Positions 36,124 through 46,053 of a DNA stretch of 64,000 nt are shown in pieces (within the stretch, counting starts at the first letter, position 1; each line of letters starts with the position of its first letter). The notes under the pieces were generated by a model, which worked only from the letters and a program-made list of their open reading frames with translations, did not search any database and was not told where the DNA came from. The position numbers were made by a program, and so were the translations under genes. The DNA lies in IMG/VR virus record IMGVR_UViG_3300025679_000005; one strand, written 5' to 3'. The DNA comes from a virus. Lineage: Duplodnaviria; Caudoviricetes.

Positions 36124-39000
36124 ATGGACCGTTGGGCGACCAAGAACACTGTGGAGAGGCAGGACGACGAGGCTAGCCGTCTCGTTCGACCGTCTCCCAA
36201 GTATAAACCACCGAGGCGCGACCTTCGTCGGGAAAATGTGAGTCCGGAATCCGACTCCGATAGCGAGAGGGATCCCGACGAAAGCCGCAATTTCAAGGAT
36301 ATTGGGGGTTCGGTTCAACGGATAGCTCAGAGGTTCGCCAGGGACACTGAGAGGATCCCTGCCAAAAGTAAGGAGACAGGGGAAACGGTCAACATTTCCC
36401 CTGATACCCTCAAAGAGCAGCCAGATAAGTACGAGGCCCTTGATTCTGACGAGGCCGAAAGTGCTCCAAAAGAGCCCAAGGTAGACGCTCCAGCCGAACC
36501 GAAAGCTGAAGGGGAGACCCCCAAGAAGCCTGAGAACAAGGAGCAGCACTACCAACAAGCGGGTGATGCTCTCCGAGCTTTGGCTAAGGACGACCCTCAG
36601 CTCAAGGCCACACTGAAGAAGTTCACGACCCCTGGGGAGTTCTTCCACGGAATGGTGGAGCAGAACCCCGACTTCGAGGCATCCAAGCTCTTCAAGAACA
36701 TCCAGCTTCCCGAGGGTATCAAGACCATCTCGGACATGAAGCGGGCTCTTGAAACTAAGCCCAGTGCCCCTAAGGCGAAGGGGAAGAAGACTCCTGAGAA
36801 ACCCGCCGAGGCTGAGAAGCCCAAAGGCAAAGCTCCTGAGCCCTTGGCCGACGCTGAGGAATCGAAGCGCAAACCCTCCAAGGAGAAGGTAGAGCTTCCA
36901 GAGAAGCCCGCTCCAGTCGAAGGCGAGCCCACGCCTCCAGAGGAAGCCCTCAAAGACACGGAGAAGACCGAGGAGAAGCCGGTGGATGCCGCCCCCTCAG
37001 GAGCCCCTGAACCTGACGAAGCCCCCGCCAAGGGCAAAGAGAAGGGCAAGAAAGACCAAAAGGAGCCCTCCCCCAAGCCACCTTCCGAATCCCAGAAGCA
37101 TGGGATAGCGGATCCGGTGCGTAATCCGGCCAGCCAGGCGGAGAGGCAAGAGGCTTTGAGTTTGCTACTGAACACATTCGAGCCGGAGATGGCGGCGAAC
37201 TTTGCAAGCCTTCATCCTGCGGATGTGAAGACCCTTGTGAGGGATTACAACACTGCGAAGTTAGGGGTGAAGATTGCCAAACCCTCGGACTTCGCAGAGA
37301 AGGTGTCTCACTTCTTTCAGACGGATCCAGCCAAGGTAAAGCCTCCGGCAATGGGTACCTCTAAAACAGGCCAGAAAGTCCCATTCGAGTCGCTATCTCC
37401 TGAAGAACAGTCGACGGCAATGCGTGAGCACCAGATGCGGACTGTGGCTTTGAGCATGGCTGCTCAAGAAGCCCTGTCCAAGAAGCTCTCCAATCGAGGG
37501 ATGCTGTCGGGTAAGCCTAGAATCCCTGAGAAACTTACATCGACTTTGGCAAAGGCGATGCTGACGAATACACCTCCCGAGAAGGCTGACGAGATCGCAA
37601 CGAAGGTCTATGACAGCACCCTGGCTAGTGGGGATCCTCCACCGAAAATAGGGGACAATGCGGTCAGGAACTTCCTGGAGCAGGTCAAGGGGAACCCTGT
37701 AGCATCGAAGATGGCGAAGGCGTACTTGCAGGCCAACGACTATCAATTGGCCAAGGACGAGTTCCTCAACAAGCCTAGCTCAGCGATCTCGGAACGAGAC
37801 TCACCAGCAGGTATTGTTGATGGTCTGAAGAAGGTCGGCAAGTACTTCCAGAAGCGGAACGCACTCTATGGGGACGACCATGAGGTCAACCCCTCACAGA
37901 CGCTGTTTCGTACCAAGGTGATGGATCGCCTACGGTCCTTGGAGCCAGAGAAGGCGGCCAAGGTCCAGACCCTTTTGGGTCGTGTGGACCATGAGGAGTA
38001 TTCAGACCTACACAAGAAGTGGAAGACGAAGCACGGAGATTGGGAGAAGCGGAAGGCAGCTCACGAGAAAGCAGCTCACGCCTACTTGGACAGCCCCGAA
38101 GGCAAGAAGCCTCTAGGCAAATTTGCCGAAGAAGAGCCGAAAGAACCCACTAAGCCGGTAACGTCTTCCCCGGACGAGAAACCTGAAGACTCTGCGAGTA
38201 TTTGGGATGATGCTTTCGAGCAGGCTCCCAAGACTGCTAGTGTTTTTACTTATTCTAGAACACCTGTGATGGGATCTACCAACAAAACAGGTGTCTATCA
38301 CGGTGTCGATCCGTATGCCTATGGGCCACCGGACTACCCAGGATGGATGCAGCCGCATCAAAGGGATCTAGGGGACAGCGACTACAGGACGATTTTGGCT
38401 GAAGCCAAAGAGTTCCTGGGGTCTTCTCTATTGGATGTTGCCCAGGGCGGCATGAATCCCGATGCAAAATTCAGGGCGGCATTGGACCTGGCGATCTATT
38501 CAAGTCGCTACAACGGTGCAATCAATGCCACCGAATACTCCAAGCTTTTGGCGAAGTTGGCCGGCGAGCCTGAGCCTGCAATTGGCCAAACCCTCATGAC
38601 TGTTACCGCAGGTGAGAAGTCGTCCTCGGATAGCACTTCTTCTTTTACTCCCACACCAAGTGACCCCACTGGAGAAGTGACCACCATGAAAGCATCACGT
38701 GAAGTTCGCAAGTTCGCAGCCCTGGTTGCCAAGGTCGACGCCAAGACCGCATTCGAGATGACCGAATTCGCGGACCGTCTGGCCGAAGACGAAAAGAAGA
38801 TGCCGCCATGGCTCAAGGACAAGTTCGAAGGCAAGGGCGACGACAAAGACGACAAGAAGGAAGACAAGGGTCAGCAGCAAAAAGAAGCTTCTGACAAGTA
38901 CGCTTCGCTCAAGTCGACCGTCATCAAAGCAGCCAACGCCGATCCGGCCGCTCGCGCTGCCTATCTACCCCTTCTCCAGGCCATCAAGGCGCTGGGCTGA
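36124..39000 (+). CDS. Large head-region protein (958 aa, Pro/Glu/Lys-rich linker), probable internal starts
   Basis: Single long ORF; in-frame ATGs at 38269 and 38686 (GGAGA RBS before 38686). Confidence 0.75.
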   Translation: MDRWATKNTVERQDDEASRLVRPSPKYKPPRRDLRRENVSPESDSDSERDPDESRNFKDIGGSVQRIAQRFARDTERIPAKSKETGETVNISPDTLKEQPDKYEALDSDEAESAPKEPKVDAPAEPKAEGETPKKPENKEQHYQQAGDALRALAKDDPQLKATLKKFTTPGEFFHGMVEQNPDFEASKLFKNIQLPEGIKTISDMKRALETKPSAPKAKGKKTPEKPAEAEKPKGKAPEPLADAEESKRKPSKEKVELPEKPAPVEGEPTPPEEALKDTEKTEEKPVDAAPSGAPEPDEAPAKGKEKGKKDQKEPSPKPPSESQKHGIADPVRNPASQAERQEALSLLLNTFEPEMAANFASLHPADVKTLVRDYNTAKLGVKIAKPSDFAEKVSHFFQTDPAKVKPPAMGTSKTGQKVPFESLSPEEQSTAMREHQMRTVALSMAAQEALSKKLSNRGMLSGKPRIPEKLTSTLAKAMLTNTPPEKADEIATKVYDSTLASGDPPPKIGDNAVRNFLEQVKGNPVASKMAKAYLQANDYQLAKDEFLNKPSSAISERDSPAGIVDGLKKVGKYFQKRNALYGDDHEVNPSQTLFRTKVMDRLRSLEPEKAAKVQTLLGRVDHEEYSDLHKKWKTKHGDWEKRKAAHEKAAHAYLDSPEGKKPLGKFAEEEPKEPTKPVTSSPDEKPEDSASIWDDAFEQAPKTASVFTYSRTPVMGSTNKTGVYHGVDPYAYGPPDYPGWMQPHQRDLGDSDYRTILAEAKEFLGSSLLDVAQGGMNPDAKFRAALDLAIYSSRYNGAINATEYSKLLAKLAGEPEPAIGQTLMTVTAGEKSSSDSTSSFTPTPSDPTGEVTTMKASREVRKFAALVAKVDAKTAFEMTEFADRLAEDEKKMPPWLKDKFEGKGDDKDDKKEDKGQQQKEASDKYASLKSTVIKAANADPAARAAYLPLLQAIKALG

Positions 39001-39033
39001 AACTTACCAGGAAAGACACGAGAGGAACCTATC

Positions 39034-39429
39034 ATGCCGAACAAACTTTCCGCTGAACAGTCGAAGAAGGCGAGCACCGTGCTCAGCCACCTCGATCGCA
39101 TTGCCTCTGACATTCAAGCGAACTTCGCCTCCATGGGCTTGTCGTTCGACAACGCCAAGACCCTCGTCAACCACCTGGACAAGGTTGCTGATGAAGCCGA
39201 AGCTCACTTCTACGGCCCAGAGTCGATGACTCGCCGTCAGATCGAAGTCCTCAAGACGGCCAAGGTCATCCAGAAGGAATCGGATGAGCCGTACATGGCG
39301 ACCTTCGAGAACCCGATGGCGCCGATTCAAACCGACGCTGACGAACCGTACATGTCCGCCTACAAAGATGACCAGTCATCTGCGGTGAACAGCGGCAAGT
39401 CGACAACGGGCCGTCCCCTAGCCCCTTGA
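39034..39429 (+). CDS. Hypothetical head-region protein
   Basis: RBS GAGAGGA; internal DEPYM repeat x2; phage-structural codon bias. Confidence 0.75.
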   Translation: MPNKLSAEQSKKASTVLSHLDRIASDIQANFASMGLSFDNAKTLVNHLDKVADEAEAHFYGPESMTRRQIEVLKTAKVIQKESDEPYMATFENPMAPIQTDADEPYMSAYKDDQSSAVNSGKSTTGRPLAP

Positions 39430-39441
39430 ACCTGACTCTCT

Positions 39442-40110
39442 ATGCCGACAGCTAGTACCGCTGAAGCTGAGTCTGCCCGTCGAGCAAAGATCTCTGCGGC
39501 TCTTAAGGGCGTACCTAAAGGGCCCAGACTTCCTTGTAGTGCGGAAACTCGGGAAAAGCAATCGAAGGTATCGAGCCTTCGATGGGCCTCTATGTCTCAA
39601 GAAGATAGAGAAGCCGTAGGTACTGCAATCAGCAATAGCCTGACAGATTCCTCTAAGGTCGAAGACCTTGATAAAAAGCTCTGCAAGGAATGCCAGCACC
39701 CTCTTTTGAGGGCGGACTTCGTTAGCGATGTCCGAAATCGAGATGGGCTGTCTGCAATCTGTAAAGAGTGCAATAATCAACGGACAAAAGAGTGGGCACT
39801 GGCTCACCCTGAGTCCGTCAGAGGGTACAAGCGTAGTCGGTACAACATTGACTTTGAAGCCTTGTGGGAAGCTCAAAAAGGCCTGTGTGCTCTCTGCACT
39901 AAGCCCATGCTTCTAACGGGGCAAAAAGCAGAATCAGTTGTTGTGGATCATGACCACAATTGTTGCCCAGCAGGTAAGGCAGCTTCCTGTGGGAAGTGTG
40001 TTCGCGGACTCCTTCACAATTTCTGTAATCGGTTCCTGGGGTACTTGGAAAAGAACCCCGAGCTGGCACAGGCAGCAGAGGCCTACTTGGCAAAAAAGCG
40101 GGCAAAATGA
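39442..40110 (+). CDS. Endonuclease VII-like (HNH) homing endonuclease
   Basis: NUMOD3-like ETREKQS, CKEC..CKEC zinc motif, WEAQKGLCALC...VDHDHNCC...VRGLLHNFCN. Confidence 0.82.
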   Translation: MPTASTAEAESARRAKISAALKGVPKGPRLPCSAETREKQSKVSSLRWASMSQEDREAVGTAISNSLTDSSKVEDLDKKLCKECQHPLLRADFVSDVRNRDGLSAICKECNNQRTKEWALAHPESVRGYKRSRYNIDFEALWEAQKGLCALCTKPMLLTGQKAESVVVDHDHNCCPAGKAASCGKCVRGLLHNFCNRFLGYLEKNPELAQAAEAYLAKKRAK

Positions 40111-40817
40111 TTGATTACTGGAAATTAACTCGCGACTTTGCGCCTGGGGACTATGTACAGAAGTACATCTCCAGTCGGAGCGTCAGTCTGTCACCCTATG
40201 TGGGCCGCGTCACCGCGGTCCTACATGGGATCGGCTTTCTTGATGTCCAGTGGCCATTTGACAATGAGCGAGTCTCTCCCGAAGAGGTCGTGAAGGTCAA
40301 CAAGGAATTCGCTTCCTATCTGCCACCAAGCTTGAACTTCTCGTATTATCCTGGCTTAGAGCAGCTCAGGGAGGCGTCCACAAGCATGTGGCGCTCAACT
40401 GAGCTGCCTCCTGGGTTCCACAAGGAACTAGCGAAGCTGTTCCACAAGGGCGCTCACGAGGTTCAGGCCTATGACGAGCTGTGGCACCGATTCGCTTCGT
40501 TCTCGGACGACTCTGCTCTCAAGGATGAAGTAGACAAGTTCTATCGTTTCGCTTCGAACTCGATTGATCTCTTTCTCCAGGAGTTCATTCGTAAGTCTGC
40601 CACCTACTGGGCTGCTCAGAATCGCACCCATCGAGCCACCAAGTCTGAGGTCTCCAATCGCTGCCCCAATTGCCCCAAGTGTGGGACGGCAATGCGAAAG
40701 GCCACCTACAAGATGGCCGAAGGTCAACGTGAGCGTCTATTCGCTTGCCCTAAGGATCTGTACCTGATCAAGCAGACTGACATCCTAGGTCCTGGGGGAG
40801 AACCTGTATCATGGTGA
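40107..40817 (+). CDS. Hypothetical protein with C-terminal zinc ribbon
   Basis: CPNCPKCGTAM...LFACPK. Confidence 0.7.
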   Translation: MIDYWKLTRDFAPGDYVQKYISSRSVSLSPYVGRVTAVLHGIGFLDVQWPFDNERVSPEEVVKVNKEFASYLPPSLNFSYYPGLEQLREASTSMWRSTELPPGFHKELAKLFHKGAHEVQAYDELWHRFASFSDDSALKDEVDKFYRFASNSIDLFLQEFIRKSATYWAAQNRTHRATKSEVSNRCPNCPKCGTAMRKATYKMAEGQRERLFACPKDLYLIKQTDILGPGGEPVSW

Positions 40818-41170
40818 CTTCAAGCGTCCCTCCGACTGTGAAGGGCTTCCTCACCATTCTGGTGGGTCGTTTGACCCAGTACGACAAGAAGCTGCAAGCT
40901 AAGCAGCCCAACATCTATCGTCTGGGGTTGTTGTTTGCGGCTAAAGAGAAGGTCGAAGCCAGGGTCCGTCGCTACCTCCAGGACTCCACTCCTGGGGCCC
41001 TCAATGCTTTGAAGGAAGCTCTCACCAAAGAGTTCCTTGTGAATGACATGCCACCAGTCAAAGCCGTCATGAAGATGATTGATGAGTACTTGGCGAACGG
41101 AAAAGCCCCGAAGTACTCCTCTGTTGACCGCGTGATCGATCGCTTTTTTGGCGTCAAACCGTTGATCTGA
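40811..41170 (+). CDS. Hypothetical protein
   Basis: 119 aa; C-terminal RVIDRF motif. Confidence 0.6.
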   Translation: MVTSSVPPTVKGFLTILVGRLTQYDKKLQAKQPNIYRLGLLFAAKEKVEARVRRYLQDSTPGALNALKEALTKEFLVNDMPPVKAVMKMIDEYLANGKAPKYSSVDRVIDRFFGVKPLI

Positions 41171-41174
41171 ACCC

Positions 41175-44012
41175 ATGGCATTTTCAAAGTACGCGAACGC
41201 AGCAGTTGTTCAGCCCGTCGTTACGATGGCGGCATGGGATGACCTGCGTGCGAAGGCTTTGGCCATTGGCGGGGTGTTCGACAAGAAGGCCAATGCAGAG
41301 GTAGTTCAGAAGTACGACCCCAAAGAGTACATGCTGAGCCACTGCACGATCATTGCCTCGGTGGACACTGAGAACGGTCCGGGTTCGCTAGGCCGTACGT
41401 TTGACAACGGCTTTCAAATAGATCGCCGCTTCAAAGATTACTACATCACCCCTAACACCGCGAAGTACGTCAACAATAACTGCTTTGTGCCTGGTACCCT
41501 AATTTTGATGGGTGATGGTACAGAGCGTTCTATTGAAGATGTGGTCGTGGGGGATACTGTAGTAACGCATACAGGCAAAATTCGTAAGGTTCTTGAGACC
41601 TTCAAACACCCATTCAGAGGTTATCTGAGGGACATCAAGCGCCTTGGAGATAATCGTAAGTTATCTCTCACACCGGAACATCCTGTGTGGGCGATGACCT
41701 CGGCTATAACTTGTGCCTGTGGTTGTGGCACCCCTTTAGATCGTAAAGGGCGCAAAGCCGCTGTGCATCGATTCCAGGACTACGTTCAAGGGCACGGGGC
41801 AAAACCTCGTAAGAACCCTAAGCCAGACTATACTTGGATTTCGGCAGCTTTGTTGGAGAAGGGGGATTTCCTTTCTAGCCCTAGGTTGCAGGGTGTCTCT
41901 GACACTGCTGTGACCCCAGGTAAGGCCAGGCTGTTGGGTTATTATCTAGCTGAGGGGTTCTACCACAAACAGAAATCTGTTAGAGTTAGCGTCAAGTACA
42001 AGCAAGCTATTGAGGGCCCTGATTCAATTCCTGTCGGGGTCAATTTCGCATTATGCCTAGATGAAACAGACACTTTGGTTGCTGAAATCCAGCGATTACT
42101 CAAAGAAGAGTTCAATGTAGGCTCCTCTGTCAGTAGGGTCTCTGAAAATGGTGTCTGTGTCTACAGCCAACAGTCTATGGAATTGGTGCAGTTCATCAAA
42201 GAGCACGCGACGGAGTACGCTAAGAAAAAGCGACTACATGCTTCTGTTCTTACTTGGCCCCTGCATCTCCAACGTGAAGTGGCTCAAGCTTGGATTGAGG
42301 GCGATGGCTGCGTAGAGTCCACAGCGGGTGGGTGGATCTCTGTAACCTCTGCTTCCTCAGATCTTATCTCGCAGATGCATCTAATCTTCGGTAGGTTGGG
42401 GGTCTTTGCGACAAGAGGCGAACGGCGAGCCCAAGGTCGGAAGCGTAGTCGTGTAGCCAACGGGTCTTATGTTGTTGTCGCGGACCCTACCAAAGAGTGT
42501 GTGTCTTACACCTTGCAAGTAGGATCTGTTCACGCGGAAGCTCTCCTGGGAGGTTCTTTCCTAGAGGGTCTGTACAGGAGATCCGTTCAAAATAGGCGCA
42601 AGCACACTCTAGGATTTAGGGTGTCTCCTGAACGAACGATGTTCCCCATTCGTTCAGTTGAAAAGCGCTATTACGATGGGTCTGTCTACAATTTTGAGAC
42701 CGATGAGGATCACTCCTACGTAGCAAATGGGGTCGCCGTTCACAATAGTGATTCGTGGGAGCGCAAGCTTCTCCTTGGTACGTTCCGTACGTTCATTGGC
42801 GGCCAGAACTACGTCGAGCATCTTCAAATACCAGAGCTTTCAAAGGGTCGTATCATCGACGCCGCAGCCCGGGACCTTGGGGACACTGTCTACGTAGATA
42901 TCCTAGTAGCCACTGAGTTGAAGCACAGGCCATTAATTGCGGCGATTCAATCCAAGGAGCTGCAAACTCTGAGCATGGGGTGTTCTGTGCAGCATACGAC
43001 CTGCACACAATGTGGGAACGTAGCCGAGGATGAGACTCAGCTCTGTGCTCATATCAAATACTCCAAGGGCAACTCTTTCATGGATTCCTTGGGTAAAGTC
43101 AGGAAAGCTGTTGAGCTTTGTGGGCACCACTCTGATTTGCGATCAGTCAAGTTCATTGAGGCTTCATGGGTCGCCAATCCCGCTTTCACAGGGGCAGTCC
43201 TTCGCAACATCCTCACTCCTGAGGAAGCTGCAATGGCAGGTCATCGGATGCAGTTCGCGTTCTCGATGCCAACTCAAGTGCCGGATGCTTCGCAATTCGG
43301 TAAAGCGGCACGCATTGATAATACACGTCGTGAGCAAATTGCACGCTCAGGATATGTCAATCATGGTGCCAGAGTCGTTAACCATGTGAACAATCCTGCT
43401 ATCTTCCCAAGGATTGCAGTGTCGGACCCTTCACAGGGTGGACCCTCAGAAGAGCAATTTGAGGGTGCTGATGCAGCGACCCCTAAGAAGGAAGAGGGTC
43501 AACCCATTGATAAGGCGGTCGACAACCTCGCGGATCTGATCAAAGAGAAGGCTCTTGAGAAGGTCCGGGGAGAGATGAACAAAAAAGATCTCCCCCCTCG
43601 TGCTGATTTGGATGAAAATCAGAACAACACTTTGCTCCGTGAAGCAGTGTCGAAGAGTGCCTCGTGGAGACGTTTGGCAGAGGTTGTTATCGCCTCTACG
43701 CCCGACTCCGAGGCAGCTCGTAAAGTCTTGATCGGTCTGATGCTGTTCAAGAATGGCGGCTGGAAAGCTGTCAAAAAGGCTTCGTACTCAGGAATAGAAG
43801 TACTTGCAATCTCTCGCTTTCTGGACAAGATCCAGGGGGTCAAGATTGCTGGTGAGCACCGTATCTACCGCACCGTTTTGGCTGTTGGTGGGATGTCTGC
43901 TTACGGAGATGTAGATAGCTACCTAGCGGCTTGTCGTCGGGTAGTTGGACGTGAACTAACCACGTCAGAGGTCGATACCCTTGTTGCAAAAGGGAAGTTA
44001 TTCGACCTCTGA
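41175..44012 (+). CDS. Prohead (maturation) protease, intein-containing
   Basis: After splicing NNN|SDSW, YVEH (His), LSMGC (Ser), EASWVANPA; directly upstream of scaffold and capsid. Confidence 0.78.
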   Translation: MAFSKYANAAVVQPVVTMAAWDDLRAKALAIGGVFDKKANAEVVQKYDPKEYMLSHCTIIASVDTENGPGSLGRTFDNGFQIDRRFKDYYITPNTAKYVNNNCFVPGTLILMGDGTERSIEDVVVGDTVVTHTGKIRKVLETFKHPFRGYLRDIKRLGDNRKLSLTPEHPVWAMTSAITCACGCGTPLDRKGRKAAVHRFQDYVQGHGAKPRKNPKPDYTWISAALLEKGDFLSSPRLQGVSDTAVTPGKARLLGYYLAEGFYHKQKSVRVSVKYKQAIEGPDSIPVGVNFALCLDETDTLVAEIQRLLKEEFNVGSSVSRVSENGVCVYSQQSMELVQFIKEHATEYAKKKRLHASVLTWPLHLQREVAQAWIEGDGCVESTAGGWISVTSASSDLISQMHLIFGRLGVFATRGERRAQGRKRSRVANGSYVVVADPTKECVSYTLQVGSVHAEALLGGSFLEGLYRRSVQNRRKHTLGFRVSPERTMFPIRSVEKRYYDGSVYNFETDEDHSYVANGVAVHNSDSWERKLLLGTFRTFIGGQNYVEHLQIPELSKGRIIDAAARDLGDTVYVDILVATELKHRPLIAAIQSKELQTLSMGCSVQHTTCTQCGNVAEDETQLCAHIKYSKGNSFMDSLGKVRKAVELCGHHSDLRSVKFIEASWVANPAFTGAVLRNILTPEEAAMAGHRMQFAFSMPTQVPDASQFGKAARIDNTRREQIARSGYVNHGARVVNHVNNPAIFPRIAVSDPSQGGPSEEQFEGADAATPKKEEGQPIDKAVDNLADLIKEKALEKVRGEMNKKDLPPRADLDENQNNTLLREAVSKSASWRRLAEVVIASTPDSEAARKVLIGLMLFKNGGWKAVKKASYSGIEVLAISRFLDKIQGVKIAGEHRIYRTVLAVGGMSAYGDVDSYLAACRRVVGRELTTSEVDTLVAKGKLFDL
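41481..42746 (+). mobile_element. Intein with LAGLIDADG endonuclease (422 aa) in the prohead protease
   Basis: Starts CFVPGTLI, LTPEHPV, GYYLAEG and AWIEGDG, ends VYNFETDEDHSYVANGVAVHN followed by S. Confidence 0.92.
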
Positions 44013-44023
44013 GAATCGTAAAT

Positions 44024-44051
44024 CTCTTTATACCCCACTACAAGGCATAGG
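44024..44051 (+). promoter_or_regulatory. Candidate late promoter upstream of the scaffold gene
   Basis: TTTATACCCC-acta-c-AAGGC-a-TAGG, near-identical to 49716-49739. Confidence 0.5.
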
Positions 44052-44067
44052 AAAGGGTGATCCCGTC

Positions 44068-45339
44068 ATGCGCGAACGCACCACCTGGAATCGTGAGAAG
44101 CTTGCAGAGATTGTCAAAGCCGCCAACAACAAGGTTGCTGAAGACCCTCGTGCAATGAATCAAGACCACTTGAGCCAACAACCAGCAGCCGACAAGTACG
44201 AGATCGGTGGCCCTTCGGATTTTGCCGAAGATGTCGCCCCCTCGAATTGGAAGGCTGAGTACTCCGGTGGCGAAGTCAAGCGCAACGAGATCGGCATGCC
44301 CGAGATGCGTGGCGAAACTTTCACCCACTCTGAGAAGACTGCCGCGGAGCAGCAAGAGCAGGACGACGAGACCCTCGAAAAGAAGGCCGCCCTCTGCATC
44401 AAGCTCGCTACGAAGTGCCTCCCCAAGAAGGCCTCGGAATCGATGATCGAAGATCAGGCACTTGCATTCATGCACATGCCCGACGCCGCCCTCATCGAGA
44501 CTTCAATCCGCCTCGCAGCGGACGAGGACGAGAAAGAGGAAGAGCAGCAGCAGAAGCAGGCTCAACAGGATCAGCAGCAAGCTCAGGCTCAGCAGCAACA
44601 AGCTGACGAAGAGAAGAAGCAAGCTGGTCAGATCCCCGAGAACTTCAAGAAGAAGGACGACGAGGAAAAGGGCCAGCAGGACAAGGAAGCTGGTCAGATC
44701 CCCGAGAACTTCAAGAAGAAGGACGAGGACGACAAGGGCGAGCAGCAGCAGAAGCAAGCTCAAGGCCAGCAGCAACAGGACGAAGCCAAGGAAGAGCAGC
44801 AGAAGCAAGCTTTCGTGGCCTTCAAGAAAGCCTGTGATGCAATGGCTCAGGGTATGGGCGTGCCGCAAGACCAGGTCATGGCCTTGTTCCAGCAAGCTCT
44901 CTCGGGTCAGCAACAGCAGCAGATGCCGCAAGCTCCCGCTCAACAGCAGCAGATGGGCGACGACCAACTCTTGGATCAAATGCTCCAGGACGAAGGTCAG
45001 CAGCCTGTCATGGCCGGTCTCGACGACATCCAACTGGAAGGTACTTCCATGGATACCGGTGAGATTCGCTTGGGCTCGGAAGACGAGGTGCTCGCCACCC
45101 TGTTCGCCAGCCACGAAGAAGTTCGCAACGCCAATCATGCCAACGCAATCACCTCGGGCATCCCGATGGTGGCTTCGCAGGGCACGACCCGTACAGCTTC
45201 GACCCGTACTATCGGTACTCGCCCGTCAGCTGGCGTGTCCACAATCGGCAGCGGCAGCAACGCCTCTTCTGGTGGTGACATCGACAAGCTTTCGAGCCTC
45301 TGGGCTTCGGCTCCCGATGTGAAGGGTGTCTTCGGCTGA
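44068..45339 (+). CDS. Scaffold-like protein (Gln/Glu/Lys-rich)
   Basis: Low-complexity helical ORF between protease and capsid genes; many KQA/KEA/KTA motifs; ATG 44068 follows AAAGGG. Confidence 0.7.
   Translation: MRERTTWNREKLAEIVKAANNKVAEDPRAMNQDHLSQQPAADKYEIGGPSDFAEDVAPSNWKAEYSGGEVKRNEIGMPEMRGETFTHSEKTAAEQQEQDDETLEKKAALCIKLATKCLPKKASESMIEDQALAFMHMPDAALIETSIRLAADEDEKEEEQQQKQAQQDQQQAQAQQQQADEEKKQAGQIPENFKKKDDEEKGQQDKEAGQIPENFKKKDEDDKGEQQQKQAQGQQQQDEAKEEQQKQAFVAFKKACDAMAQGMGVPQDQVMALFQQALSGQQQQQMPQAPAQQQQMGDDQLLDQMLQDEGQQPVMAGLDDIQLEGTSMDTGEIRLGSEDEVLATLFASHEEVRNANHANAITSGIPMVASQGTTRTASTRTIGTRPSAGVSTIGSGSNASSGGDIDKLSSLWASAPDVKGVFG
44621..44726 (+). repeat. 40-bp perfect direct repeat, period 66 bp, encoding AGQIPENFKKKD
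   Basis: aagctggtcagatccccgagaacttcaagaagaaggacga at 44621-44660 and 44687-44726. Confidence 0.9.
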
Positions 45340-45419
45340 TTCAGCCTGAGACTCCGTACCTTTAAATCCAAATGTGAATCTGTCTACCCAGCAACAGCCC
45401 ATTTTAGGAGAACATAACA

Positions 45420-46019
45420 ATGCCTCTATCTCTCGGCCAAGGCTCGGGTGACTTCAGGGAAACTTCTGGTCGCGTGCAAATCTTCCACGTCGGTACCCGC
45501 AACAGCGTTGGTATCTTGACGGCGGACGCTTTCACCCAGGCGAATCCTGTGAACGTCACAGCCGGTGCCAACGTCAGCACAACGCTCGCAGGAATCAGCA
45601 AGAAGGGCGTCCTCGGCGCTTCCTTCGCCTTCTCCCGTCCCGATGCCGGTAACGGCTTCCACGGTGGCCCTCTGTTCAGCGGCGGCAGCGCCGTTGCTGC
45701 CCAGAAGCCCCTAGGTCTATTCATCAACGACTCGCTAGGCAATGCCTTCGAGAACACCCCAGGCGTTGCCTCGGGTCGTGGCCCGTACCTCTGTGGTTAC
45801 GGCACGGTTGGTGTTTCGATCTGGGAGACTCAGGTTCAGGTCGGTGCAAGCACCGCTCTGACATACGCAGCTGGTGACAAGCTCTATGCTTCTGTCAACG
45901 GCTTCGTCACCAACGTCGCTGCGGACGCAAACGAAGTGTCTGCCCCGACCATCATCGGCATCCTCAAGGTTGCCCCAGACGCGAACAACTCGCTGATGGT
46001 ATTCGACCTCCGCATCTGA
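45420..46019 (+). CDS. Head decoration/cement protein
   Basis: Immediately upstream of the MCP; beta-tulip-like pattern (KPLGLF...TYAAGDKLYASVNGFVT...IIGILKVAP); RBS AGGAG. Confidence 0.7.
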   Translation: MPLSLGQGSGDFRETSGRVQIFHVGTRNSVGILTADAFTQANPVNVTAGANVSTTLAGISKKGVLGASFAFSRPDAGNGFHGGPLFSGGSAVAAQKPLGLFINDSLGNAFENTPGVASGRGPYLCGYGTVGVSIWETQVQVGASTALTYAAGDKLYASVNGFVTNVAADANEVSAPTIIGILKVAPDANNSLMVFDLRI

Positions 46020-46053
46020 GCGGCGATCAGGTCCAATAAAGGAAAACCCAGTC

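Noticed and set aside
44462-45322. Long alternative-frame ORFs (44462 +, 44503 -) over the scaffold gene
   Set aside because: Shadow ORFs produced by CAG/GAG/AAG-rich low-complexity coding sequence; no RBS or motifs
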